Assembly (NCBI GenBank): GCA_018262835.1
Contig: JADFDP010000003.1
Location: 4,157-68,156, forward strand
Direction: 5' to 3'
Origin: Candidatus Aminicenantes bacterium
GTDB lineage: Bacteria; Acidobacteriota; Aminicenantia; UBA2199
Length of the DNA stretch: 64,000 nucleotides
Shown here: positions 8,201 through 18,385 of the stretch, piece after piece
Layout of the letters: every line of letters starts with the position of its first letter
Numbering within the stretch: the first letter of the stretch is position 1
Made by a program: the position numbers and the translations under genes
The notes under the pieces: model-generated
Database searches by the model: none
Told to the model about the DNA's origin: nothing
What the model saw: only the letters and a program-made list of their open reading frames with translations

Positions 8201-10972
8201 TTACTCCTTGACCGCGGTGGACACGGCGGCGGCACAGCGCGGGCACAGTTCGGGATGGGCGCCGGCGGCCGGAGCCGCCTCCACCCAGTTCCAGCAGCGC
8301 GGGCATTTGCGCCCGCTCGCTTTGCGCACCGTGATCTTTTCCACTTTTCCCGCGCCCACGTCCAGGGCGGCGGCGACCAGGATGGTCCTGAAAAGGCCGC
8401 TGTTTTCGCGCAGCAGCTTTTCGTTTTCCGCGGTTGCCGTGATCTCGATGCCGGCCTCCAGCGAATCGCCGATCAGCCTGGCGGCGCGGGCCGACTCAAT
8501 CTCCTTCAGGATGCGGTCGCGAACCGCCATGATATTTTCCCAGCGCTCTCCGTCCACCGCCCGGCGGTACGATTCATCGATTACGGGAAACCGCTCCAGG
8601 TGGATAGAGGACGCCTTGCCGGGATATTCGGGGAGGTAACCCCAGGCCTCTTCGCAGGTGAAGGAGAGGATGGGGGCCATGAGCAGCAGGGTCTCGTGCA
8701 GCAGGGTGAACACGGCCTGCTGGCTGGCGCGGCGCTGCGGATCGTTCGGCCGGTTGCAGTAGAGGTTGTCTTTCTGCAAATTGAGGTAAAAGGCGCTCAG
8801 GTCCACGGTGAAAAAGTTGAACATGGCGTGGAAAATGGTGTGGTATTCGAAATCGCGGTAGGCCTGGAGCACGCGGGCCTTCGTCTCCTGCAGCCGCTGC
8901 AGTATGTACAGGTCGGTTTCGCTCAGGCCGGCGAAAGGGACGCCGTCGCGCTGCGGCAGAAAGTCGGAAAGCACGCCGAGCATGAAGCGCCAGGTATTGC
9001 GGATCTTGCGGTAACTTTCGCTGAGGCGCAGGAGGTTCTCTTCGCCCAGGCGGACATCCTCCTGGTAGTTGACCATGGCCGCCCACAGGCGCAGGATCTC
9101 GGCCCCGCGGTCCTTGATGATGCTTTGCGGCTCAATGACGTTGCCCAGCGACTTGGACATGGCCCGGCCCTCCGCGTCAAGCACCCAGCCGTGGGTGATG
9201 ACCGTGCGGTAGGGCGCCGCCCCCATGGCGCTGACGCCGATAAGCAGCGACGAATGGAACCAGCCGCGGTACTGGTCGCCGCCTTCCAGGTACATGTCGG
9301 CCGGCCAGCGATGCCCGGCGCTGCGCTGAAGGATACCGTGCGACGAACCCGACTCGAACCAGACGTCGAGAATGTCTTTTCCTTTTGAAAAATCCTTGCC
9401 GCCGCATTTGGGGCAGACGGTGCCGACGGGCAGAAATTCAGCCGCTTCTTTCTGGTACCAGGAGTTGGACCCCAGGGCGGCAAAAGTCTTCTCCACGTTT
9501 TCGATCGCCGCGGGATCGAGCAGCGGTTCGGCGCATTTCGCGCAGAAAAATGCCGGCAGGGGGACGCCCCAGTCGCGCTGGCGCGAGATGCACCAGTCGG
9601 GGCGGTTTTCGATCATGCTGGCGATGCGTTCCTGGCCCCAGGCTGGTATCCAGTCCACTCCCTTGATGGCCTCCAGGGCTTTGCCCCGCAAGGCCGCCTG
9701 GTCCATGGCGATGAACCACTGAGCTGTGGCCCGGTAGATGACCGGTTTCTTGCAGCGCCAGCAGTGGGGGTAGGAATGTTTGATGGAGCTGGAGTGCAGC
9801 AGGCTGCCGTTCCGGCGCAGGTCCTCGACGATGCGTTCGTTGGCTTGGAAGACCTGCATGCCCTTGTATGGCCCGACGCTGTCGTCGAAGCGACCGTCGG
9901 GGCTGACCGGCGAATAGATGTCGAGCTTGTGGGCCACGCCGGCGTGGAAGTCGTCCTCGCCGTGCCCGGGAGCGGTATGCACGCAGCCGGTGCCCTGGTC
10001 CAGCAGAACGTAGTCGGTGTTGATCAGCAACGAATCGCGGTCGTAGAGCGGGTGGCGGGCCTTGCATCCTGCCAATTCCCCGCCCTTGAATTCCTTCAGT
10101 TTGCTGAAGGTTTCGTGGTTCAAAGCGGCAATGGCCGGCAGCAGGGATGAAGCGGCGATATAAAGCTCTCCCTTCATTTCGAACAGGGCATAATCGTATT
10201 CGGCATGCAGGGCGATGGCCAGGTTGGCCGGGATGGTCCAGGGGGTGGTCGTCCAGATCAGGACAAAAATATCGCGTCCGGCATATTCTTTCAAAAAAGG
10301 CGGAAGTTCGCGCAGGGGGAACTTCACCGTGATCGAGGGCGACGTGTGGTCGTCGTATTCGACCTCGGCTTCGGCCAAGGCGGTCTGGCAGGAAAGACAC
10401 CAGTAGACCGGGCGCTTCTGGCGGTAGACGTTGCCTTCCCTGACGAAGGAGTTGAAAAAGCGGATGACCGTGGCCTCGTAGGCCGGGTCCAGGGTGGTAT
10501 AGGGATTGTCCCAGGCGCCGAAGATTCCCAGGCGCTTGAAGTCGGAGCGCTGCAGATCCAGGAATTTTTCGGCATACAGCCGGCACTCCTCGCGTACCTG
10601 CAGCTGGCTCATGTTTTTCTTGCGCGAGCCCAGCTTCTGGTCCACCTTGTGCTCGATGGGCAGACCGTGGCAGTCCCAACCCGGGACGTAGGGGCTGTAA
10701 AAGCCTTCCATGGACTTGCTCTTGACGATGAAATCCTTGAGGATCTTGTTCAGGGCCGTGCCCAGGTGGATGTTGCCGTTGGCGTAGGGCGGGCCGTCGT
10801 GCAGGATGTACGGCTCCTGCCCGGCATGATTGTCCAGTATTTTTTCATAGATACCCGCCGCCTGCCATTTTTTCAGGGTCTCGGGCTCTTTCTGGCTGAG
10901 CTGGGCTTTCATGGGAAAGTCGGTGCGCGGCAGGTTTAACGTATCCTTCCAGTCCATTTTTTTTTCCGACAT
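8201..10972 (-). CDS. ileS: Isoleucine--tRNA ligase (type 1, C-terminal zinc finger)
   Basis: 923 aa from ATG 10972 (GGAG 9 nt upstream). PPYANGNIHLGT (HIGH region), AMSKSLGN (KMSKS region), CPRCWNW...CPRC C-terminus. Confidence 0.97.
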   Translation of the reverse strand: MSEKKMDWKDTLNLPRTDFPMKAQLSQKEPETLKKWQAAGIYEKILDNHAGQEPYILHDGPPYANGNIHLGTALNKILKDFIVKSKSMEGFYSPYVPGWDCHGLPIEHKVDQKLGSRKKNMSQLQVREECRLYAEKFLDLQRSDFKRLGIFGAWDNPYTTLDPAYEATVIRFFNSFVREGNVYRQKRPVYWCLSCQTALAEAEVEYDDHTSPSITVKFPLRELPPFLKEYAGRDIFVLIWTTTPWTIPANLAIALHAEYDYALFEMKGELYIAASSLLPAIAALNHETFSKLKEFKGGELAGCKARHPLYDRDSLLINTDYVLLDQGTGCVHTAPGHGEDDFHAGVAHKLDIYSPVSPDGRFDDSVGPYKGMQVFQANERIVEDLRRNGSLLHSSSIKHSYPHCWRCKKPVIYRATAQWFIAMDQAALRGKALEAIKGVDWIPAWGQERIASMIENRPDWCISRQRDWGVPLPAFFCAKCAEPLLDPAAIENVEKTFAALGSNSWYQKEAAEFLPVGTVCPKCGGKDFSKGKDILDVWFESGSSHGILQRSAGHRWPADMYLEGGDQYRGWFHSSLLIGVSAMGAAPYRTVITHGWVLDAEGRAMSKSLGNVIEPQSIIKDRGAEILRLWAAMVNYQEDVRLGEENLLRLSESYRKIRNTWRFMLGVLSDFLPQRDGVPFAGLSETDLYILQRLQETKARVLQAYRDFEYHTIFHAMFNFFTVDLSAFYLNLQKDNLYCNRPNDPQRRASQQAVFTLLHETLLLMAPILSFTCEEAWGYLPEYPGKASSIHLERFPVIDESYRRAVDGERWENIMAVRDRILKEIESARAARLIGDSLEAGIEITATAENEKLLRENSGLFRTILVAAALDVGAGKVEKITVRKASGRKCPRCWNWVEAAPAAGAHPELCPRCAAAVSTAVKE

Positions 10973-11172
10973 GGTATGGGCTCCGGTATGATATGAAGCC
11001 CTATTGTCGCTCATTTCCACCGTTTAGTCAATGGAATTCGGCTTAATTGTTTTCCCGTGGGGTTTAAAATCCCGGATCCCTGGAGGCCCGGCCGGCCGCG
11101 GCTGGGGGAATCTGCTATAATGGGAACTTCGGGCGGCTCGACGCCGTTTGGGAAGTGTAAAAGGAGGTGCGC

Positions 11173-11430
11173 ATGGCCGATGAAAAAAAGAAAGGTCCCC
11201 GCGAGGAGTTCAAGCTGGAGGGGAGCCAGGTGGTCGAGAAGATAAAAGAACTGATCCACGAGGGCAATATCCGGAACATCATTTTGAAAAACGAAGAAGG
11301 GAAAACCCTGATCGAGATCCCCCTGACGCTGGGAGTGGTGGGGGCGGCTTTCCTGCCGGTCCTGGCCGCGGTCGGGGCCATCGCCGCCCTGGCCGCCAAA
11401 ATGACCATCGTGGTGGAGAAAACGGAATAG
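11173..11430 (+). CDS. DUF4342 domain protein
   Basis: AAGGAGG lies 5 nt before the ATG. VEKIKELIHEGNIRNIILKNEEGKTLIEIPLTLGVVGAAFLPVLAAVGAIAAL matches the DUF4342 pattern. Confidence 0.7.
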   Translation: MADEKKKGPREEFKLEGSQVVEKIKELIHEGNIRNIILKNEEGKTLIEIPLTLGVVGAAFLPVLAAVGAIAALAAKMTIVVEKTE

Positions 11431-11457
11431 GGCGGCTGCGGCCGCCGGCCGGATCCT

Positions 11458-11799
11458 TTATTTTTCCCTGGGGACCAGGCAGAGAAATTTAAAGGCCGTG
11501 TCCCCGCTGTTTTCAAACTGGTGCTCTTCGTTGGGTTCCACCAGGGCAAAGCTGCCGGCGCTGACCGGAAAAGTTTTGCCCTTGGCGTTGATCCGTCCAC
11601 GGCCTTCCAGGATGAATATCTCGTGTTCCGCGGGGTGGGTGTGGTAAGGGGAATGCCCGCCGGGCATGACTTCGAACAGGCGCAAAAAAAAATTCGGGGC
11701 CGGAGAATCCTTGCCCAGCAGCCAGCGGATGGTAACGTTTTCCGCTCCGGCCATGGTCACTTTCTCAGCCGGCACATCGGTAAAGGTCTTGACGATCAT
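11458..11799 (-). CDS. Cupin domain protein
   Basis: 113 aa. Cupin metal motif GGHSPYHTHPAEHEIFILEG....HQFEN. Confidence 0.8.
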   Translation of the reverse strand: MIVKTFTDVPAEKVTMAGAENVTIRWLLGKDSPAPNFFLRLFEVMPGGHSPYHTHPAEHEIFILEGRGRINAKGKTFPVSAGSFALVEPNEEHQFENSGDTAFKFLCLVPREK

Positions 11800-11875
11800 A
11801 TTGCCTCCATGCTCGCTCAGTCCTGATTTTGTAGCACAAAAGCTCGACGCCGTAAAGAATGGAAAGCGAACATGC

Positions 11876-11969
11876 GTGATTCGTAATTCGTGATTCGAAA
11901 ACGCAATGAATCGATCGATTGCTTTTTCTCCTGCGAATTATGAATTACGTTTTACGAATTACGAAATCA
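11876..11969. repeat. Heptad-periodic hairpin element D
   Basis: Left arm GTGATTC GTAATTC GTGATTC GAAAACG. Loop contains the perfect palindrome AATCGATCGATT and CTTTTTCTCCT. Right arm GAATTAT GAATTAC GTTTTAC GAATTAC GAAATCA. Confidence 0.65.
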
Positions 11970-12029
11970 GCGGCTTTTGCATTCGCCATGTTTTTTTTCT
12001 ATAATGCGGTTTATCCCTAACGAGGTGTC

Positions 12030-14261
12030 ATGAAAAAGAAGACGGCAAAAAAGAGCGCTGCGGTCTGCAAACCCGGGTCATCCGGCAAGACGGGCGCGGA
12101 AAAGATCCGCAGCGCCAGGCTTGGCACCTACCGACAGGTAGGGGAAGAGTTGAAATTATATCACGACCAGCTGGAAGCGCTGGTCAGTGAACGCACCCTG
12201 GAATTGGAGCTCGCCAACCGCGAGCTGGAGGAAGAGATCGACCGGCATCGCCAGTCGGAGGTCCTGCAGTCGGCGCTATACCAGATCTCTGAAAAAGCCA
12301 GCCAGGCCGAGGACATGGATGCGCTGTACAAGGCGATTCACGGCATCATTTCCAGCCTGCTCTATGCCCGCAATTTTTACATCGCCCTGACCGACGCTTC
12401 CGGGCAAATGCTCAGCTTTCCCTGCTACCTCGATGAATTCGATGCGCCGCCGCCGCCGCAGAAACTGGGCCGGGGCTTGACCGAACATGTTTTGCGGACG
12501 GGCCAGCCGCTGCTGGCCTCGGACCAGCAGGTCGGACAGATGGCCAAGGACGGATTGATTGAACTGATCGGCGCGCCGTCCAGCGAATGGCTGGGTGTGC
12601 CGTTGAAAAGAGGGGAGCGCTCTTTCGGCGTCCTGGTGATCCAAAGCTACCAGGAGGATTTTCATTATTCCGAAAGGGACCGCGAATTGCTGATTTTTGT
12701 CTCCCAGCATATTGCCGACGCTTTGTGGCGCAAGCAGGCGGAAAACGAAATCAAGGAAAGCCAGCGTTTCCTGGAGGCGGTGTTCAACGGCATCCAGGAC
12801 GGGATCAGCGTGCTGGATCGCGACCTGAACATCCTGCAGGTCAACCAGGCCATGGACAAGCTGTATGCCCACCAGGTGCCGCTGGCCGGGAAAAAATGCT
12901 TCCAGGCCTACCACGGCCGGAAAAAACCCTGCCGCGTCTGTCCCACCCTGCGCGCCATCAAGCAAAAAAAACCCCAGGTGGATAACGTGCCGCTGGTCGG
13001 CGGCGGCAACCGCCGCGGCTGGCTGGAGTTGCACGCCTTTCCGCTTTTTGACCCGGCCGGCCGGGTGAGGGGCGTGATCGAATACGTGCGCGACATCAGC
13101 GAGCGCAAACTACTGGAGGAGCGTTTCCTCCAGGCCCAGAAAATGGAATCCATCGGCTTGCTGGCCGGGGGAATCGCCCATGATTTCAACAATATCCTGG
13201 GCGGCATCCTGGGCTATGCTTCCTGGCTGAAGACCAATATCAAGAGCGACCATCCTTTTTTCCGGCCGGTCGACACCATAGAAAAAAGCGCCAGCCGGGC
13301 GGCCGAACTGACCGCGCAGCTGCTGGCCTTTGCCCGCGGCGGCAAATATGACATCCGCCCGTCCAACCTGAACAGCGTCATCAGCGAATCGCTGAAGCTC
13401 CTGGCCGGCACCCTGGACAAGTCCATCGTCATCGAAACGCGCCTGAATGACAGCCTGCCCACGGTCGAGATCGACGTCGGCCAGATCCAGCAGGTGCTGA
13501 TCAACCTCTGCGTCAATGCCCGTGACGCCATGCCCGCCGGCGGGCGGCTGATCATCCAGTCGTCGCTGGCCAAGCTGAGCGCGGCCGATGTCCGCAGCCA
13601 GGTCGACGCCAAGCCGGGGTGGTTCGCCGTCCTGGCGGTCAGCGACACCGGCGTGGGCATGGACGGGAACACCCAGCAGCGGATCTTTGAACCGTTCTTT
13701 ACCACCAAGGAAAAGGGCAAGGGCACCGGGCTGGGATTGTCCATGGTTTACGGCGTAGTCAAAAACCACGGCGGCTTTGTCAATGTCTACAGCGAAACCG
13801 GCGAGGGTTCCACTTTCAAGGTCTACCTGCCCTTGAGCGGCAAGCCCGAAATCATGGAAAGCGAAATCGAGGCGGAAATGGCCTGCGGCCATGAGACGGT
13901 CCTGGTCATCGACGACGAAGAAGCCATCCGCCATGTGGCTTCCGATATCCTGGGCAGTTACGGCTACCGGGTCCGCCTCGCCGCCGACGGGGAGGAGGGC
14001 GTCGCCGTCTACCGCAGCCAGGCCAGGCAGATCGACCTCGTGATCCTGGACATGGTCATGCCCAGGCAGGGGGGGCGCGAGACTCTCCTCAAATTGCAGG
14101 AGATCAATCCCCAGGTGCGGGTGCTCTTTTCCACCGGCTACAGCCAGAACGAGAAAGTGAACGAGATCCTGGCCCTTGGCGTCAAAGGCTTTATCCAGAA
14201 GCCTTACCAGGTCAGAAGCCTTTTGGCCAAGATCCGGGAAATCCTGGATGGCAAATCCTGA
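12030..14261 (+). CDS. Hybrid sensor histidine kinase/response regulator (coiled coil-GAF-PAS-HisKA-HATPase-REC)
   Basis: 743 aa. H-box [11 protein letters not shown], ATPase boxes DTGVGM and GTGLGLS, C-terminal receiver VLVIDDE...[10 protein letters not shown]. Confidence 0.9.
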   Translation: MKKKTAKKSAAVCKPGSSGKTGAEKIRSARLGTYRQVGEELKLYHDQLEALVSERTLELELANRELEEEIDRHRQSEVLQSALYQISEKASQAEDMDALYKAIHGIISSLLYARNFYIALTDASGQMLSFPCYLDEFDAPPPPQKLGRGLTEHVLRTGQPLLASDQQVGQMAKDGLIELIGAPSSEWLGVPLKRGERSFGVLVIQSYQEDFHYSERDRELLIFVSQHIADALWRKQAENEIKESQRFLEAVFNGIQDGISVLDRDLNILQVNQAMDKLYAHQVPLAGKKCFQAYHGRKKPCRVCPTLRAIKQKKPQVDNVPLVGGGNRRGWLELHAFPLFDPAGRVRGVIEYVRDISERKLLEERFLQAQKMESIGLLAGGIAHDFNNILGGILGYASWLKTNIKSDHPFFRPVDTIEKSASRAAELTAQLLAFARGGKYDIRPSNLNSVISESLKLLAGTLDKSIVIETRLNDSLPTVEIDVGQIQQVLINLCVNARDAMPAGGRLIIQSSLAKLSAADVRSQVDAKPGWFAVLAVSDTGVGMDGNTQQRIFEPFFTTKEKGKGTGLGLSMVYGVVKNHGGFVNVYSETGEGSTFKVYLPLSGKPEIMESEIEAEMACGHETVLVIDDEEAIRHVASDILGSYGYRVRLAADGEEGVAVYRSQARQIDLVILDMVMPRQGGRETLLKLQEINPQVRVLFSTGYSQNEKVNEILALGVKGFIQKPYQVRSLLAKIREILDGKS

Positions 14262-15069
14262 CGGCGTCTTTTTCGGCCCGGCCGGCTGGAGCTACGCCGA
14301 CTGGCGGGGAACGGTCTATCCCCAGCCGCTGCCGCCGCGCTTCAACCACCTGGCTTTCCTGGCCGGACAGTTCGAATTTGTCGAAGTCAATACCAGCTTC
14401 TACCGCATCCCCAGCCTGGCCTTGACCCAGGGCTGGGCGGACAAGACCGCCGGCTATCCCGGTTTCCGATTCTGGATCAAACTGCACCAGTCGTTCACCC
14501 ACGAGCGCAAACTGGAGAAATCCATGATCGAGGGGTTTCATGCCTGCTTGCAGCCTCTGGCCGCGGCCGGGAAACTGGCCGGGCTCCTGGCCCAGTTCCC
14601 CTATTCCTTTCACTTCGATGCCGCCAACCTGTCCTTTCTGGGGGAACTGTCCGGCCATTTCGAGGCATACCCTCTGGCCGTGGAATTCCGCCACCAGGGC
14701 TGGCTGGAAGACGAAGTGCTGTCTTTTTTTAAAAGCCGCGGACTGATCTGGACCAACATCGACCAGCCGCAGGTGTCCCGGTCGCTGGTCTTGACCGCGC
14801 TGGTTACCGCCAGGGACACGGCCTATCTGCGGCTGCACGGGCGCAACAGCCAGGACTGGTTTTCCGGCCAGGGGCGCGATGCCCGCTACGATTATTCCTA
14901 TTCCGCGGCCGAGCTTGGCCGCCTGGGCGAGGTGGTGGCGCGCTTGCAAGAGCAGGCCAAAAAGGTGTTCGTTTCGGGCAACAACCATTACAAGGGCGCG
15001 GCCGTGAAAAACCTGCTGCAGTTGAAGGAGATCCTGCTCCGGCGCGCCATGTCCGGGCGTGAAAGCTGA
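14248..15069 (+). CDS. DUF72 (YecE-like) protein
   Basis: Start at [25 protein letters not shown], the typical DUF72 N-terminus. Overlaps the kinase stop by 14 nt. Confidence 0.85.
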   Translation: MANPDGVFFGPAGWSYADWRGTVYPQPLPPRFNHLAFLAGQFEFVEVNTSFYRIPSLALTQGWADKTAGYPGFRFWIKLHQSFTHERKLEKSMIEGFHACLQPLAAAGKLAGLLAQFPYSFHFDAANLSFLGELSGHFEAYPLAVEFRHQGWLEDEVLSFFKSRGLIWTNIDQPQVSRSLVLTALVTARDTAYLRLHGRNSQDWFSGQGRDARYDYSYSAAELGRLGEVVARLQEQAKKVFVSGNNHYKGAAVKNLLQLKEILLRRAMSGRES

Positions 15070-15087
15070 ACCAATGACCTGAGAGCC

Positions 15088-16593
15088 ATGAAGCGGATAT
15101 TTTTCTGGTTTTTTGTCTTCCTGGGGGTGTTCCTCCTTTTTTTTATCAGCCTGAATCTGTTCGATTCCCGGCCCGAGACCGGTCCAGCGGCGCCGAAACC
15201 CTTCGAAGGGGGTAGGCCTCCCGCGGCGCACCTGGGAGCCGGCAACGGTTTTTTCCTGATCTGGGGATTCGCCGAACCTCCCGGAGCCGATCCCGCGGCA
15301 GAAGCTTTCCGCTCTCGCATATTGGAACTGTTCAGCGACCCGCCCCAAAACTATCTTTTCCGCTCCCGCTATGGCCAATGGCTGACGCGCCTCAACGCCG
15401 GCTACCGTCAAAACTGGCAAGGGGCCAACCTTTATTTCCCGCAGCTGCCGGGTGAGGATGTCTGCGCTTATTTTTCGTCCCGCCGCGTTCAGATCGCGGA
15501 AAGGCGGCAACGGTTCGCTGAGCCGCTGCGGCGTTACCGGCAGGTTTTGCTGGCCGCAGACCTCGAGGATTTCACCCCTGTCGGCTGGGACCCGCCCGCC
15601 CGCAGCCTGCTTCTGGCCACGTACGCGGCCAGGCTCTTTGCCGCTTCCCGGGCCCTGGCCGCCCTTGACGGCCACTGGCTTCAGGCCTGCGATGACCTCC
15701 ATGGCGCCATGGCCGCGGGGCTGAAGCTGATCGCATCCGGCCGCACCCTGGCGGTCAATTCCCTGGGCAAGACCATGGTCGAGTTGTCATTGCGCACGCT
15801 GGGCTCTCTGCTCAACCGCAGCGACTGCCCCGATGCCGCGGCCCGGCGCATCCTTGAGCGTCTGCCCTCACGCCCGATGGGAGAATTCGGCACGACCGCG
15901 GCCAGGACTTTTACCTGGATGGGTTTCGCGCAAGCACTGGAACGGGTCAAGAAGGAAAAAATCGTCGACCCGTTCCTGCTCAAGGATTATTTCAGCGATC
16001 CGTCCGCCTTTTACGCCGTTGTCGGGTTCGTGGGAATTTCCCGGATGCACCTGTTCACCACCGCCCACGCTCTGGCCGCTTTTTTCGTCAAGGAGAAGGA
16101 GAGCGTCTCCATGCTGTGGAATTTTTGGGAAAGGGTCGGACGCCTGGAGGAAACGCCTCCTTATCTCCGGGAGTCCATTCGCCGCGACGCAGCCTGGCTG
16201 GGAGAAGGCCTGGACTTGAGCTCTTTCTGGTGGCTGCGCAACCCGCTGGGAAAGATGATGGTGATCTCGGCCGTGCCCCATACGTGGCCGGTGCTGCAGC
16301 ATTACGTCTACCGCAGCCAGGGGCTGAAGGTCCGCTACGACCTGACCCGGCTGCTGGCTCAAGCGCGATTGGCGGCTGGCGGTGAGATGAAGCTGGACGA
16401 AGCCGTGCTGCGGCTGCTGCTGGACGTCGGCGAGCGCGACCCTTTCAGCGGCAAACCCTATCTTTTTCACCCCGGATCCGGGATGCTGTACGGAGTCGGG
16501 CCCGACCGCTTGGATGACGGCGGCCGCGAGCGGCCGGCATGGTGGAGGGGCTCCGATATCGCCGTGTCGATCAAGTTCGTAAATCTTGATTGA
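15088..16593 (+). CDS. Membrane-anchored hypothetical protein
   Basis: 501 aa with an N-terminal transmembrane segment (IFFWFFVFLGVFLLFFISL). No recognisable family. Coding assignment rests on length, frame and composition. Confidence 0.6.
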   Translation: MKRIFFWFFVFLGVFLLFFISLNLFDSRPETGPAAPKPFEGGRPPAAHLGAGNGFFLIWGFAEPPGADPAAEAFRSRILELFSDPPQNYLFRSRYGQWLTRLNAGYRQNWQGANLYFPQLPGEDVCAYFSSRRVQIAERRQRFAEPLRRYRQVLLAADLEDFTPVGWDPPARSLLLATYAARLFAASRALAALDGHWLQACDDLHGAMAAGLKLIASGRTLAVNSLGKTMVELSLRTLGSLLNRSDCPDAAARRILERLPSRPMGEFGTTAARTFTWMGFAQALERVKKEKIVDPFLLKDYFSDPSAFYAVVGFVGISRMHLFTTAHALAAFFVKEKESVSMLWNFWERVGRLEETPPYLRESIRRDAAWLGEGLDLSSFWWLRNPLGKMMVISAVPHTWPVLQHYVYRSQGLKVRYDLTRLLAQARLAAGGEMKLDEAVLRLLLDVGERDPFSGKPYLFHPGSGMLYGVGPDRLDDGGRERPAWWRGSDIAVSIKFVNLD

Positions 16594-16597
16594 AATA

Positions 16598-16917
16598 AAA
16601 AAAATCACAAATCCCGAGCACCAAGTTCCAAACAAGCTCCAATCATCAATGACCCAATGCCCAAACGAGGAAAATGACGTAGGGGTTCAATACGAGATCG
16701 ATTGAAATCATATTGAACCCTTGCATGCAAAAACCATGCCTTGGGGTAGGGAACGCAGATCTGCGTTCCCTACAGAAAAAAATCTCTAATGTCTTTGATT
16801 GGGACATTGGAATTTGGAACTTGGAATTTATTTGGAAATTGTATTTTGTGACTTGGAATTTATCTTTCTTGCGCCATGCGCCTTACGCCGTCAACCGTAC
16901 GCCGAGTTTAGATTTCG
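16598..16917. repeat. Heptad-periodic hairpin element B with nested palindromes and CGCC-type heptad tail
   Basis: CA arm 16601-16666 and GT arm 16794-16860 (TGGAATT TGGAACT TGGAATT ...). The core holds a 10-bp inverted repeat, GGGTTCAATA (16683-92) / TATTGAACCC (16711-20), and a perfect 28-bp palindrome at 16746-16773. Tail: TATCTTTCTTG, then CGCCATG CGCCTTA CGCCGTC AACCGTA CGCCGAG, then TTTAGATTTCG. Confidence 0.7.
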
Positions 16918-16918
16918 A

Positions 16919-17335
16919 TTATAAGATTTTCTCGCCCTTGCTTCTCAATATATCCCGGATGTCGCGCAGCAGCATTTCCTGGACCGGGGGGGGCGGCGGA
17001 GCGACCGGGGCCTCTTCCTTTTTCCGCTTCAGGGCGTTCATCCCCTTGACCACCATGAAAATGGCGAAAACCACGATCAGAAAATCGATGACGGTGTTGA
17101 TGAGCATGCCGTATTTCAAGGTCACGGCCGGTTCGCTGCCGGCGGCGGATTTCAGAACGACGGCCAGGTGCGAAAAATCCACGCCGCCCATCAGCAGGCC
17201 GATGGGTGGCATGATGACGTCGTTGACCAGCGAGGTGACTATTTTCCCGAAAGCGACGCCGATGACGATGCCCACGGCCATGTCCATGACGTTGCCGCGC
17301 ATGGCGAAAGTCTTGAACTCCTTGACGATTCCCAT
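16919..17335 (-). CDS. mscL: Large-conductance mechanosensitive channel
   Basis: [46 protein letters not shown] is the hallmark MscL N-terminus. Confidence 0.93.
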   Translation of the reverse strand: MGIVKEFKTFAMRGNVMDMAVGIVIGVAFGKIVTSLVNDVIMPPIGLLMGGVDFSHLAVVLKSAAGSEPAVTLKYGMLINTVIDFLIVVFAIFMVVKGMNALKRKKEEAPVAPPPPPVQEMLLRDIRDILRSKGEKIL

Positions 17336-17347
17336 GGGTTCCTCCTA

Positions 17348-18115
17348 CTATTTCATTGATTTATTGAGCAGCGGATCCTGCCAGCGGGAATGCAGCCGGG
17401 TCAGTTCACGGCCGGATGCCGCTTCGCGCAAGCTCTGCAGCAGAACCATTCCGCCGGCTTCGACCGAATTTTCACTCTGGCAGAGAATTTCGTCTCCCAG
17501 GCGCGCTTCGCCCAGGAAAGCGGCCTCCAGGGCCAGTGGCTTTTGCCGGCGCGCTTCATCAGGGACGGCGCGCAGGGCCCAGTCCAGGTAGACCGTGTTG
17601 CTGACATGGTCGTTGATATCGATATCGGAGGCCAGGGCCTGGTAAGAGACCTGGCTGCCGGGCTCTTGCACCGGCGGCAAGGGCGGGAAATCGTCATTGA
17701 TCATGCGTTGCGGATGGCGCGCGAAAACGGGCAAATGGGGGTCAAGGCGGGAAGGCCGCCGCGTATCCATGTTCATCAGCGCCCAGGCGCTGGTGGCGCG
17801 CAGGATCTCGGCGCCCGAGCCGGCGGCCAGACGAAATTCGCGCACGGCGAAAATCCTGTGCCGCCCCGAAGGCCAGGTGGCGATATGGACGGATTGCCCG
17901 GCTCCGGGAATGGCGCCGACCTTGACATGCAGCCGGGCCAGCACCCAAGTCAGCCCCTTGGCGTGCAGGTCGCGCACGCCCACCCCAAGCATCCCGGCAT
18001 GGCGGCCGGCCGTCTCCGACATGGCGTCGAGCAGCTCCAGCAGCCGCGCCAGTTCGGAATCGTCCCCGGCGACCGCGGACAGGGCGAATGTTTCGTTGTA
18101 AACGCTGGCTTCCAT
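17348..18115 (-). CDS. Acyl-ACP thioesterase family protein
   Basis: 255 aa double hotdog pattern. LTWVLARLHV..IATWPSG and DIDINDHVSNTVYLDWAL are typical of PF01643. Confidence 0.8.
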   Translation of the reverse strand: MEASVYNETFALSAVAGDDSELARLLELLDAMSETAGRHAGMLGVGVRDLHAKGLTWVLARLHVKVGAIPGAGQSVHIATWPSGRHRIFAVREFRLAAGSGAEILRATSAWALMNMDTRRPSRLDPHLPVFARHPQRMINDDFPPLPPVQEPGSQVSYQALASDIDINDHVSNTVYLDWALRAVPDEARRQKPLALEAAFLGEARLGDEILCQSENSVEAGGMVLLQSLREAASGRELTRLHSRWQDPLLNKSMK

Positions 18116-18385
18116 GGCCCGAAATTATAACCCATTGGCTGACCGATTGAAAGTTTTTGCCGCCGGCGAAGAACAGGACGCCCGCTTTGGCTTACAGTTA
18201 AAAAATATTCCCTTGCCGGGTCCATATAGCCAGCCTTTTGGCCTGCCTAACGATTGCCAGGCGGAGGGGGCATTTTTCATGGCAATAAGGAAATCCCTGA
18301 TGGCTGCTAGGGAATTCCCCGATTGCCAAGAGCGGGCATGGCAGGCAAAATCAAAAAAAATCATTCCGCAGGAGGGACGCGCATC

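Noticed and set aside
10973-11115. T-box or other leader upstream of ileS
   Set aside because: A plausible promoter (TTGACT-17-GACAAT) leaves only about 35 nt of leader. No specifier or T-box sequence or terminator hairpin is present.
11431-11465. Bidirectional terminator between the DUF4342 and cupin genes
   Set aside because: The GGCGGC-TGCG-GCCGCC stem is short, and the T-run lies 10 nt away inside the cupin coding region. This is not convincing enough to annotate.
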